Positions 8,640 to 16,540 of a stretch of DNA of 46,187 bases are shown piece by piece; the first letter of the stretch is position 1, and each line of letters starts with the position of its first letter. The notes beneath the pieces are model-generated. The model was not told the DNA's origin and ran no database searches. It saw nothing but the letters and a program-made list of their open reading frames with translations. The translations under genes and the position numbers were made by a program. The stretch is from a virus. The stretch lies in the IMG/VR virus record IMGVR_UViG_3300030334_000025; one strand, written 5' to 3'.

Positions 8640-11600
8640 ATGACGACCTATAATACTCAAAACCCCCTCGGCAGCGCTGACCCGCGTGATTTGTATGACA
8701 ACGCAGAGAACGCAGACCGTCTGATTAACGGCTCTGAAAACAGCTATCCTGATCGGCTGGGCAATAATCGCCTGAGCTGGGCGGGAATGGAGTCGGAGTT
8801 TCAAGACGACCAGGCGCGCCGTGAAGGGGATTTTCAGGCGGCTCAATCCGACAAACAGGATCGATTCAACGATTTTATCGCCGCCAGCGGGTATCAGTTT
8901 GCAGGTGACTACGCCGCAGGCATTGAGATCACTGAATACAATCAGGTAGTGCGCGACGGCAGTGGCGAGTTTTGGCGGTTATCCGGAACCACTGATCTGC
9001 CATACACCACCACTGGCGCAGGATTGCCAGAGAGTGGCGCGTTTGTGACCGTAGGTGATGCTGCGTTGCGGCAGGAGTTGGCGGCTGGCGTGTCTACCGG
9101 CCAGGGCGGGCTGCTGGTGCGCGGGGCTGTCATCTACGTTGACACCATCGCTGATTTGCGGGCGCTGCCGAAAAGCGGACTGTCGAGCGGCCAATCTGCT
9201 AACGTTCGCGGCTCCTCGTTTACGTTTGACGGTGCCGACTGGCAGCCAAACGGCTATGTCACATTGATGGCGTTTGGTGCTGCTGGGGATGGCGTCACTG
9301 ACGACACTGGCGCAATCTCAGCGGCGGAGGGTACTGATTGGGCTATTGATGGTAACGGACTTACATACCTTTGTGTTAGTATTCCTGATATTATTAGGTT
9401 TAAGAATGCTAACTTCTTAGTAGATTCTATTGAATACCCCACATCGGATTACCTAAATGGCGAAATTAGTAAGATAACATCGACACCTTTTTATACGACG
9501 TGGACGGAGAATAAGGCGTTTACGTTCCAAAATCGAATCTTTGTTCCTTTCCAAATGGCACATGGGCACACTTACGACACAACACGCATTGCGTGGGTAA
9601 CGTCGTTTGATAACGGCAATACGTACAGCGCCCCTGAGATCATACTAGACCAGCATCCCAACCCATCGTTATACGGCTACAATGTATTTGCTGCGGGCGT
9701 GAAAGACTCTCGATTTGTAATGTGTGTTGAAGAGCGAAATGTTTCTGATAACTCGGTTAATGCACTGTACCTTTATGACCGAGTTTTGGACTGGTCGGCA
9801 AATAAGAGCGGAGGTATTGATTTAGTTAATGGGAGTTCTATTGCCACAATCCATCATCCTAAACATGGGCTGGTTTCAGGGGACACGGTAAGTTTTAGCG
9901 GGGTAAAAGGGGACGGTGTTAGTGGACTTTCGGGGGATTTAACTGTAGTTTCCGTTATTGATAATGATACTTTCACAGTCGATAAAGGGACGCCATCAGC
10001 AGTTACCGTTACCGATACGGGTAGCGAACTTTGGTTTTTAGCAACTAGCTGGTACTACAACAACTACCGCATTACAAACATGCCGCTGTTCCCTTCCGAT
10101 GCCACTGGCTTGCCGCTTACGCACGTACATTCGTTTACTGACAATCCGGGAACTCAAGAACTGTTCTTCGGCTTTCACAACGGACAAGGCGGCCCGCGTG
10201 AAGTGGGGGTTATTCGCGTCAGTGATTTTTACGGCACTCCTACGTTTGAAAAACGTCGCATTCCTGCCGAGTTCGAGGCCAGTTCTGGGGAGCCGTCAGT
10301 CAAAATATATGGCAGCAAGATGTACCTGACTACTCGCAGTCAGAGTACAACAGTTAACGGTAGTGCTTTTCTGCACAGTGATGACTACGGACAGACGTGG
10401 ACAGGGCACAGGTTCCCGGGGCAAATCCACTACGACCCCATCCCATTTGTTGTGCATGATGGTGAATTGTTCGCGTTCGGGACAGAAAGGCGGCCCGATG
10501 AATGGGATACACCAGCAATCAATCACTTCGTACAGGGACGCACGCGCTCATTTATGATGCGCGTCCCCGTTGCTAATGCAGAGGCAGGAGACTGGTCAAA
10601 CTACACAGTAACCACCCTTGGATACGGTATTTATGCTGGCGAGCAGCCTAGCAGCGGGAGCGGTGTGGGAAGTGCGCTCCTTACCGATGATGCAGTTTAT
10701 TATTTCTTTGGTAGCGAGGACTACCGAATACAGACTCGCTACTCGTTAAACACGTCGTCCGTTGATGACGAATTTATAGGGCATGGCTACCAGCCCGATA
10801 TCTTTGCGTTCCGCTTTCCTCTTTCGAAAAGGGCAGGTAAGAATGACATTGTTCTACGCGGAGTTGATACACGAACGCTAGGCCAGTACCGGGAAGGAAA
10901 CCTATCTAGGGTTCTGGCTCCTGTAAACTATGAGCGCACTCAGGTGATGCAGCGGTTGGCAGTGGGTGATACTTCCAGCGCTGTTGGTGATACCCGATCT
11001 TGGGTTGAAGCAAGAGCAGAAGGGGCGTCATATCATAGTTTGCTGTATGTTGAAAATTCGGTTCGCGCTGTCGGCAACTATGCGTCTTTACAGCCTACAA
11101 CGTCGTCGGGCAGCGATGACAAGTTTGCATCGCTAACAGGGGGCGGCGCTGTTAGTAGCTCTCGTGGCTCAATGCTGCAAGTTTTCGGCGCTAATCATTC
11201 CCCTCACGGTAATCGCATTATTGCACTCGGCACAACTTTACGTCCCTCTGCAAACGACGCCATGGATAATGGGCAGCCAGAGGCGGCTTGGCAAGATGGA
11301 TACTTTGTAAATAGCCCTGTTATTACATCCGACGAGAGACTCAAAACAGAAATCCAGGGATTTAGCGATGCTGAAAAAGCTGTCGCTAAAGACTTGGCAA
11401 AGCTGATCGTCAAATGGAAATGGAAGTCAGCGGTAGAGCGTGAAAAAGCAGGCGGTAACGAAGCGCGCTGGCATGTGGGTTGGATTGCGCAAGAGGTGGA
11501 GCGAGCGTTTACACGCCAGGGACTAAACGCTCACGAGTACAGCATGTTCTGCTATAACGAGTGGGGGGCACAGGATGCTGTAATTGACCCAGAGAGCGGC

Positions 11601-11702
11601 GAGGTAATAACACTGGCAGTTGAAGCGGGTGACAAATATCAGCTTAAGCAAGGAGAGGTAGAAGCGTTTGTAATGGCAGTTTTGGCCGACGCACTGCTAT
11701 AA
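8640..11702 (+). CDS. Tail fibre or tailspike: sialidase-like (BNR/Asp-box) central domain plus a C-terminal S74 intramolecular chaperone domain
   Basis: Asp-boxes SFDNGNTY (9603-9626) and SDDYGQTW (10377-10400). The SDERLKTEI autoproteolysis motif starts at 11328. The N-terminus has the common NPLGSADPRDLYDNAENAD fibre anchor pattern. Confidence 0.8.
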   Translation: MTTYNTQNPLGSADPRDLYDNAENADRLINGSENSYPDRLGNNRLSWAGMESEFQDDQARREGDFQAAQSDKQDRFNDFIAASGYQFAGDYAAGIEITEYNQVVRDGSGEFWRLSGTTDLPYTTTGAGLPESGAFVTVGDAALRQELAAGVSTGQGGLLVRGAVIYVDTIADLRALPKSGLSSGQSANVRGSSFTFDGADWQPNGYVTLMAFGAAGDGVTDDTGAISAAEGTDWAIDGNGLTYLCVSIPDIIRFKNANFLVDSIEYPTSDYLNGEISKITSTPFYTTWTENKAFTFQNRIFVPFQMAHGHTYDTTRIAWVTSFDNGNTYSAPEIILDQHPNPSLYGYNVFAAGVKDSRFVMCVEERNVSDNSVNALYLYDRVLDWSANKSGGIDLVNGSSIATIHHPKHGLVSGDTVSFSGVKGDGVSGLSGDLTVVSVIDNDTFTVDKGTPSAVTVTDTGSELWFLATSWYYNNYRITNMPLFPSDATGLPLTHVHSFTDNPGTQELFFGFHNGQGGPREVGVIRVSDFYGTPTFEKRRIPAEFEASSGEPSVKIYGSKMYLTTRSQSTTVNGSAFLHSDDYGQTWTGHRFPGQIHYDPIPFVVHDGELFAFGTERRPDEWDTPAINHFVQGRTRSFMMRVPVANAEAGDWSNYTVTTLGYGIYAGEQPSSGSGVGSALLTDDAVYYFFGSEDYRIQTRYSLNTSSVDDEFIGHGYQPDIFAFRFPLSKRAGKNDIVLRGVDTRTLGQYREGNLSRVLAPVNYERTQVMQRLAVGDTSSAVGDTRSWVEARAEGASYHSLLYVENSVRAVGNYASLQPTTSSGSDDKFASLTGGGAVSSSRGSMLQVFGANHSPHGNRIIALGTTLRPSANDAMDNGQPEAAWQDGYFVNSPVITSDERLKTEIQGFSDAEKAVAKDLAKLIVKWKWKSAVEREKAGGNEARWHVGWIAQEVERAFTRQGLNAHEYSMFCYNEWGAQDAVIDPESGEVITLAVEAGDKYQLKQGEVEAFVMAVLADALL

Positions 11703-11731
11703 CCACTACGGCGCAAGCCCGCGCCCCGCAT

Positions 11732-11742
11732 TGTGCTAAACT
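11732..11742 (+). promoter_or_regulatory. Extended -10 promoter TGTGC-TAAACT upstream of the lysis cassette
   Basis: Family motif, followed by a perfect 8-bp stem GAGCGCCC/GGGCGCTC (11758-11778) in the leader. Confidence 0.45.
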
Positions 11743-11795
11743 GTCAATACCCTAACTGAGCGCCCTGCGCGGGCGCTCTAAAGGAACCCAAACAA

Positions 11796-11897
11796 ATGAG
11801 CGAAAAACTCATGCAGACCAAAACGCTTTTTATCAGCGCGGGGCATAGCGACAGCGACCCCGGCGCGGTGGGTAAAGCGGGGTGTTTATGTGGCTAG
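11796..11897 (+). pseudogene. 33-codon N-terminal remnant of an Amidase_3-type N-acetylmuramoyl-L-alanine amidase
   Basis: MSEKLMQTKTLFISAGHSDSDPGAVGKAGCLCG* carries the [IV]xIxxGH[GS]xxDPGA signature. It stops inside the start of the GH19 gene, in a different frame. Confidence 0.4.
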
Positions 11898-12508
11898 ATG
11901 AAGCAGAGATTTATCGGCATATCACACCTGAGCAATTAGCCAACTGCTTGCCGGATTGCCCTAACCCTACTCAGTGGGCGGTAGCATTCGATGACGCTAT
12001 CGAGTTTTTCGACGTGCGCCGAGATGACCGGGCCATGTTGTTTGCGCAGGTAGGGCACGAAAGCCAAGACCTCAACACGCTGGAAGAAAACCTATCGTAT
12101 AGCGCCCGACGATTGATGCAGGTATGGCCGTCACGGTTCCCCAATGATCGCATCGCGTCGCAATACGCGCACAATCCCGAGGCGCTCGCTAATAACGTGT
12201 ACGGCGGGCGCATGGGTAACGATAAGGACGGCGATGGGTGGTTGTTCCGTGGACGCGGCCCTATTCAGTTAACAGGGCGCTACAATTACACCCGGTTTGC
12301 TGACGCGATCAACAGCAGAGAGCCAGTGCTGTATCCTGATTCGCTGTTAGAGCCGGGCATTGGAGCGCTTGCGGCATGCTGGTTTTACGTGACCAACGTT
12401 CCCGTTGGCGCTGACATTGTGACCGCTACGCGGCGCATTAACGGCGGCACGAATGGATTAGATGACAGACAGCGGCGCTATGAGCGCTGCATTGAGGTGC
12501 TTGGATGA
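11882..12508 (+). CDS. Endolysin, glycoside hydrolase family 19 (chitinase-like lysozyme)
   Basis: FAQVGHESQ...LEENLSYS...FRGRGPIQLTGRYNY...INGGTNGLDDR match GH19 catalytic and structural motifs. The start may be GTG 11882 or ATG 11888. Confidence 0.85.
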   Translation: MFMWLDEAEIYRHITPEQLANCLPDCPNPTQWAVAFDDAIEFFDVRRDDRAMLFAQVGHESQDLNTLEENLSYSARRLMQVWPSRFPNDRIASQYAHNPEALANNVYGGRMGNDKDGDGWLFRGRGPIQLTGRYNYTRFADAINSREPVLYPDSLLEPGIGALAACWFYVTNVPVGADIVTATRRINGGTNGLDDRQRRYERCIEVLG

Positions 12509-13035
12509 ACTGGAGAGATGTCGCAGAAACGGTGGCGAAAGCTGCGCCAGCTTTGGGCGGTGCTCTATACGGTGGCGCTGGTTACGCAGTTGGTAGCGGT
12601 ATCGCTAAGCTGTTGGGCGTTGAGGACAGTCCGGAGGCAGTTCAAGCCGCGCTACAGCAAGACCCGCAAGCCGCGCTAAAACTGCGTGAGCTAGAAGCTG
12701 AAATTGAGCGCGCACGAATTAACGCAGACCTAGATAGGCAGCGCATGGTCAATGAGACGATGCGCGTTGAAGCGCAGCAAGATGGGTGGTTTAAATCCGG
12801 CTGGAGGCCGGCACTTGGATGGGTATTTACGCTATCACTCGGCACGCTGGCAGGTTCAATGGCTTTTACTATCGTGAAAGACCCTACTGTTGTAAGTGAT
12901 GGCGAGTTTACAGGCATGCTGGTGTGGCTGTTCGTGACAATGGGCGCAGCGCTGGGGATTAACGTTAAGAAGCGTAGTGACGACAAGCAGGTAGGTGTGG
13001 CTCCAAGCTTTATTGACAGGGTGCTAAAACGATAG
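12505..13035 (+). CDS. Holin-like protein, 3TM GTA-type holin family
   Basis: ATGA overlap with the endolysin gene. It has a glycine-rich N-terminus, a coiled coil (ELEAEIERARINADLDRQR), then WRP and hydrophobic helices (ALGWVFTLSLGTLAG, LVWLFVTMGAALGI). Confidence 0.6.
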   Translation: MNWRDVAETVAKAAPALGGALYGGAGYAVGSGIAKLLGVEDSPEAVQAALQQDPQAALKLRELEAEIERARINADLDRQRMVNETMRVEAQQDGWFKSGWRPALGWVFTLSLGTLAGSMAFTIVKDPTVVSDGEFTGMLVWLFVTMGAALGINVKKRSDDKQVGVAPSFIDRVLKR

Positions 13036-13052
13036 AATTATTTTCTATTTGC

Positions 13053-13061
13053 TGCTACAAT
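13053..13061 (+). promoter_or_regulatory. Extended -10 promoter TGC-TACAAT upstream of the HNH gene
   Basis: TG-n-TACAAT lies 30 nt before ATG 13091, in an AT-rich spacer. Confidence 0.4.
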
Positions 13062-13090
13062 ATCCACCTAGGGATCTATAGGGGATTAAA

Positions 13091-13660
13091 ATGTGTAAAA
13101 TAGAAAATTGCTCAAATTCAGTTCATGTTAAAAAGCATAACCTTTGCCGCGCGCATTACCTCCGATGGAAAAAGTATGGCGATCCCCTGCATTTTCCTGA
13201 GCCCAGGAGAGGTAAGGATTCTTCAAGATATAAGCACGGAGCGTGGGGGGAAGAGCTTTTTAAAACATGGAGCCACATGATTGATAGGTGTCATAACCCA
13301 AAGTGCAAAGCATATAAACACTACGGAAAAAGAGGAATTCATGTTTGCGAATCTTGGCGAAATGACTTTTTTCAATTTAAGAAAGATATGGGCGAAAGGC
13401 CAGAAAACACTAGCATTGAAAGAATTGACAATAACAAGGGGTATAATCCACATAATTGCAAATGGGCAACCAGTGTGGAGCAAGGAAGAAATAGGCGATG
13501 CGTTAAGCTGACAAAAGAAAAAGCCGATGAAATGCGATCACTACCAAGAAGAGCAAAAAATGGCAGGGGGTCAGGTTACAGCCGTGAAGATATGGCTGAA
13601 AAATACGGCGTATCTGTAGCAACAGTAAAAAAAGTTCTTTCTGGTGCATATTGGAAGTAA
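13091..13660 (+). CDS. HNH-type homing-endonuclease-like DNA-binding protein
   Basis: N-terminal Cys/His cluster (CSNSVHVKKHNLCRAHYLRWKKYGDP) plus the ERIDNNKGYNPHNCKWAT...EQGRNRR motif typical of phage HNH/AP2-like genes. G+C is visibly low. Confidence 0.6.
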   Translation: MCKIENCSNSVHVKKHNLCRAHYLRWKKYGDPLHFPEPRRGKDSSRYKHGAWGEELFKTWSHMIDRCHNPKCKAYKHYGKRGIHVCESWRNDFFQFKKDMGERPENTSIERIDNNKGYNPHNCKWATSVEQGRNRRCVKLTKEKADEMRSLPRRAKNGRGSGYSREDMAEKYGVSVATVKKVLSGAYWK

Positions 13661-13661
13661 T

Positions 13662-13696
13662 AAAAAAAGCCCCGATTGGTGGTCGGGGCTGGCTTT
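13662..13696. terminator. Bidirectional intrinsic terminator between convergent arms, strong on the minus strand
   Basis: Stem AGCCCCGA/TCGGGGCT (13668-13690). An A7 run upstream gives a U-run for the minus-strand transcript. Only GGCTTTG follows on the plus strand. Confidence 0.8.
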
Positions 13697-13754
13697 GCGT
13701 CGGTTAGTAGCTGTGCTTTCAAGGAAGGTTTGACGACAAGTAAATTGTAGGCCA

Positions 13755-14117
13755 CTAGCACTTGGTAAACAAGGGCATGTCGTGCTTAACGCGGTATCGA
13801 TTCCACCGCATTATTCGTTCTGCTTCGGTCATTTCCTTCATTCTTCTTACCGCCTTAATCGCAGCCTTCTGACTAATGCCTGTCTGCTCCTCTACTTTCT
13901 TGTAAGACCTGCATGAAAGATATGAATACCAAATCGTTTCCCAGTCTACGTTAGGGCATTGGAACTTATCGGGTCGACTAAGCCCCATGCGGCGCGCGGC
14001 GCGCAATACTGTGCTGTCTGACTTATCGAGCTTTTCAGCTATCTGAATCAGTGTCCACGAGGGGTCTGGATACGTTTCACGTATAAACGCTAAGTCTGTT
14101 TCGTCTAGACTTCTCAT
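13755..14117 (-). CDS. Double helix-turn-helix DNA-binding protein with sigma region-4-like HTHs; candidate transcription regulator
   Basis: HTH-like segments WTLIQIAEKLDKSDSTVLRAARRMG and YKKVEEQTGISQKAAIKAVRRMKE. ATG 14117 with AGGGGTGG upstream is preferred over the track's TTG 14144. Confidence 0.55.
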   Translation of the reverse strand: MRSLDETDLAFIRETYPDPSWTLIQIAEKLDKSDSTVLRAARRMGLSRPDKFQCPNVDWETIWYSYLSCRSYKKVEEQTGISQKAAIKAVRRMKEMTEAERIMRWNRYRVKHDMPLFTKC

Positions 14118-14118
14118 A

Positions 14119-14334
14119 TCACCACCCCTGCTTAAACGTGCCAACGGGGATCACGCACGCATCATGCAGCGACATATCTTTGTACCGCATGCGTTGTTCA
14201 GCAGTTTTAATAGACACGACGCGCCCGGGGTAGTCCTTGATTTGCCGCTTGATAGACCGCGAGCCTGCGGCTATACACTGCTGGCGTTGCTGTTCGAATA
14301 TCTGTTGTTCGTATTTGCTCATTGCTAATAGCAT
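14119..14334 (-). CDS. Hypothetical protein, 71 aa
   Basis: AAGGAG lies 6 nt before ATG 14334. The track's longer N-terminus (to 14436) would run through a terminator hairpin. Confidence 0.6.
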   Translation of the reverse strand: MLLAMSKYEQQIFEQQRQQCIAAGSRSIKRQIKDYPGRVVSIKTAEQRMRYKDMSLHDACVIPVGTFKQGW

Positions 14335-14356
14335 GATCCGCTCCTTTTTTGAGTAT

Positions 14357-14379
14357 AAAAAAGCCCCGTCTCGTGGGGC
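14357..14379 (-). terminator. Intrinsic terminator inside the leftward arm
   Basis: Minus-strand stem GCCCC/GGGGC (14363-14379) followed by a U6 run (plus-strand A run 14357-14362). It ends about 12 nt before the next RBS. Confidence 0.7.
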
Positions 14380-14544
14380 GTACGGCGATTGCCCGAAACT
14401 ACCGCACGTGGCGGTTTGCCTGCGTCCCTGTCGCATAGGGATAGCGAGGCTAGGAGGCGTTTCGTCAATCGCTGCTGGCGTTATTGCTCCCCCACTAGGC
14501 CAGCTTTGGGTAAGCCCCGCTATTTACGCCACGGGGCAGGCGTG

Positions 14545-15366
14545 TTATCGGTGTTTGGCTAGGATGTACTGTTCCCAGCGGGCGCAATAGTCTTTCATTT
14601 TACGCACTTCTTTCAGCATGTCATCTTTTTTACCCATGCGTCGGTTATATTTACCGATGGTAAACCGCATAGCGCCATGAAACTCTTCAGCCGTGGCCGT
14701 TCGAGCAAACTCGTCTATCCAGTCGTCTCCTTTCGCATCCTGATATCGTGGCTTCTTCATATCCTGCATTAACTGCCAATCCAGCCGTCGCGCATCCTGA
14801 GCATGTGGAGCGTTGGGGCAGTCGGTGCAATAATCCTCCTGCCCGCATGGCTGGCCGTCGCTGCATGTTTTGAACTCCTCCGAAAATTCACGCGCCTGTG
14901 AGTTAGTCAAACTGCTAGCAGCTTGGTTTAGTTGGCGGTCAACGCGATGCTTTACGCCTGTTATGCCGTGCGGCTCATTCCGGCTCTTAACTGGCTCATT
15001 ATTGCTCATATATTGATTCACTGGTTTTAGTGTTTTTCGCCAGTCGTGGCCTGCGGGGATTTTTCCATACGATGCAATCATTTGATTTTCATCGTTAGGG
15101 CAATACATGTCCCACGTATGCTCATCGCTGTGCGGCTGGGCTTCATGCCAGTACCATTCTCCATCCCCATCCTGCGCCTTCCACCGTGCCCACTCAGGCG
15201 CTTCCGCGTCATCTGGTTCGTTGATGAGTTCGGTGCGGCGTTGCTGGTAATCATCCCATTGGATTATCACGCCGCAAAAGGCTTTGATTTTATCGTAGCC
15301 CCAGAGCGCTGGCTCAACCTGCATGGCACACTTGGTCAGCGCCTGATCTTTATCATTCTGATTCAT
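14545..15366 (-). CDS. Hypothetical protein with a DUF3310-like C-terminal domain
   Basis: The C-terminal segment DDWIDEFARTATAEEFHGAMRFTIGKYNRRMGKK...DYCARWEQY resembles the DUF3310 pattern. The N-terminus is W/D/E-rich. Confidence 0.5.
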   Translation of the reverse strand: MNQNDKDQALTKCAMQVEPALWGYDKIKAFCGVIIQWDDYQQRRTELINEPDDAEAPEWARWKAQDGDGEWYWHEAQPHSDEHTWDMYCPNDENQMIASYGKIPAGHDWRKTLKPVNQYMSNNEPVKSRNEPHGITGVKHRVDRQLNQAASSLTNSQAREFSEEFKTCSDGQPCGQEDYCTDCPNAPHAQDARRLDWQLMQDMKKPRYQDAKGDDWIDEFARTATAEEFHGAMRFTIGKYNRRMGKKDDMLKEVRKMKDYCARWEQYILAKHR

Positions 15367-15539
15367 TTCAAATACCCCACCTTCTCAGCAATCCAAACAC
15401 CCAGCGCGGCAATAAACAGCACCGCACCAATGCAAATTAACAGTCCTGCACCAATCGCCAGCCCTTGCCCGAAAATGGTATCGGGCACATGGGCCATGAT
15501 GGCGTTGGTAATGCTCTGTAGCGGGTTAAAGCTGTTCAT
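15363..15539 (-). CDS. Small membrane protein, 58 aa, absent from the ORF track
   Basis: MNSFNPLQ...GLAIGAGLLICIGAVLFIAALGVWIAEKVGYLK. ATGA-type overlaps at both ends indicate translational coupling. Confidence 0.6.
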   Translation of the reverse strand: MNSFNPLQSITNAIMAHVPDTIFGQGLAIGAGLLICIGAVLFIAALGVWIAEKVGYLK

Positions 15540-15820
15540 CCGATACGCTCCTCGATAACTCCATCCGCCAGTTCATGCAACCGCGCTGCCAGCTCATACC
15601 CGGCCGTGCGCAGGTCGTTGCCGAGGTGGTGATAGTCGCGCAGTAGGTTGAGCGCTTCAAGCGGATGCTCGGTTAGCCGCTCTAGCACCTCGCTGATGTC
15701 GCCGTCATCGCTCAGCATTTCATCCCATGCGGCTTGGCGCTTCGCTTCTAGCTCAAGGTCGCGGGCGTCGCGGGCGTCTGCGTCGATGTCGTCCAGCATG
15801 TAGTCGGGTACGGTTTTCAC
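15536..15820 (-). CDS. Acidic hypothetical protein, 94 aa
   Basis: GTG start within a GTGA overlap with the upstream small ORF. The composition looks coding. Confidence 0.6.
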   Translation of the reverse strand: MKTVPDYMLDDIDADARDARDLELEAKRQAAWDEMLSDDGDISEVLERLTEHPLEALNLLRDYHHLGNDLRTAGYELAARLHELADGVIEERIG

Positions 15821-15993
15821 TTCACCACCTCCAATCCAGTCATCAAATTAGCCATCCGCCGCGCATACATGCGGGCTTGCGTCTTGTCGCGGACAATGCG
15901 ACCGCCGGGGAGTGCCCAGCCTGATTCGGTGCCGACTACGGTGGCGTTGCCGATTACGATGTCGGGGTTTAACTTCACTGTGTTATTTTCCAT
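15817..15993 (-). CDS. Hypothetical protein, 58 aa, absent from the ORF track
   Basis: AGGAG lies 9 nt before ATG 15993 (MENNTVKLNPDIV...). Its stop overlaps the next start. Confidence 0.55.
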   Translation of the reverse strand: MENNTVKLNPDIVIGNATVVGTESGWALPGGRIVRDKTQARMYARRMANLMTGLEVVK

Positions 15994-16161
15994 TTAAAAT
16001 ACTCCTATCCAGATGCCAAAGCCGTGGATTATGGCGATGGGGAACATAAGCGCGCCAGCGATCAGGAAGCCCCAAGAGCCGTCTTGAAGGCATGTCACGA
16101 TGTGCGTTAGCCAGGATGCAATGAACGTCATGGCGATGGTGAAAGATAGGATGGCTTGCAT
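15994..16161 (-). CDS. Small membrane protein, 55 aa, absent from the ORF track
   Basis: AGGAGAAAAACC precedes ATG 16161. Two hydrophobic helices (MQAILSFTIAMTFIASWL...FLIAGALMFPIAIIHGFGIWIGVF). It replaces the implausible 88-aa ORF 15983-16249. Confidence 0.55.
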   Translation of the reverse strand: MQAILSFTIAMTFIASWLTHIVTCLQDGSWGFLIAGALMFPIAIIHGFGIWIGVF

Positions 16162-16218
16162 GGTTTTTCTCCTGTTGTTTAGCAGCCCCGCGCTGTGCGG
16201 GGCGTGTTGGTGTTAGTG

Positions 16219-16431
16219 TTATGCAACCTTCACTAGCTTGTCGCTCCAATTGATGTAATAAGTGCGGCGCGTCTCTAAAATATCATCTGCGCGATAACCA
16301 ATGGCACGAACTTTTCCGTTGCCCGTGCATCCACCTATATCCGTATAAATAACCTTGCCACCGCGCTTTACGAACTTGCCGGAAACGTCGCCCTCTTCGT
16401 GCCAATCATCAACTCGTTTAGCGTTGTTCAT
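16219..16431 (-). CDS. Hypothetical protein, 70 aa
   Basis: AAGGAG RBS. It is the first gene downstream of box-promoter copy E6. Confidence 0.65.
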   Translation of the reverse strand: MNNAKRVDDWHEEGDVSGKFVKRGGKVIYTDIGGCTGNGKVRAIGYRADDILETRRTYYINWSDKLVKVA

Positions 16432-16469
16432 TGCCTTTCTCCTTAATGCTTCGCTTTATGTATGAGATG

Positions 16470-16538
16470 ATATTAGAGGTTTTTAGGCTGAATTTATAAT
16501 TGTAATTCTCTATACGATTCGGTGATTCGTTAGGTTTT
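16470..16538 (-). promoter_or_regulatory. Box-promoter element copy E6 (AAAACCTA...GAATTACAATTATAA-N18-TAATAT)
   Basis: Read on the minus strand it aligns with E1-E5. The 18-nt spacer (16476-16493) separates the box (16494-16499) from TAATAT (16470-16475). It fills the gap between dut and the next gene. Confidence 0.55.
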
Positions 16539-16540
16539 GG

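Noticed and set aside
14335-14436. The N-terminal extension of the 105-aa track ORF (14119-14436, minus strand).
   Set aside because: The extension would be translated through an intrinsic terminator hairpin and U-run. An AAGGAG-preceded ATG at 14334 gives a compact 71-aa gene.
15983-16249. The 88-aa minus-strand ORF from the track.
   Set aside because: The R/H/P-rich translation has no RBS. Two RBS-preceded, translationally coupled small ORFs in other frames (15817-15993 and 15994-16161) explain the region better.
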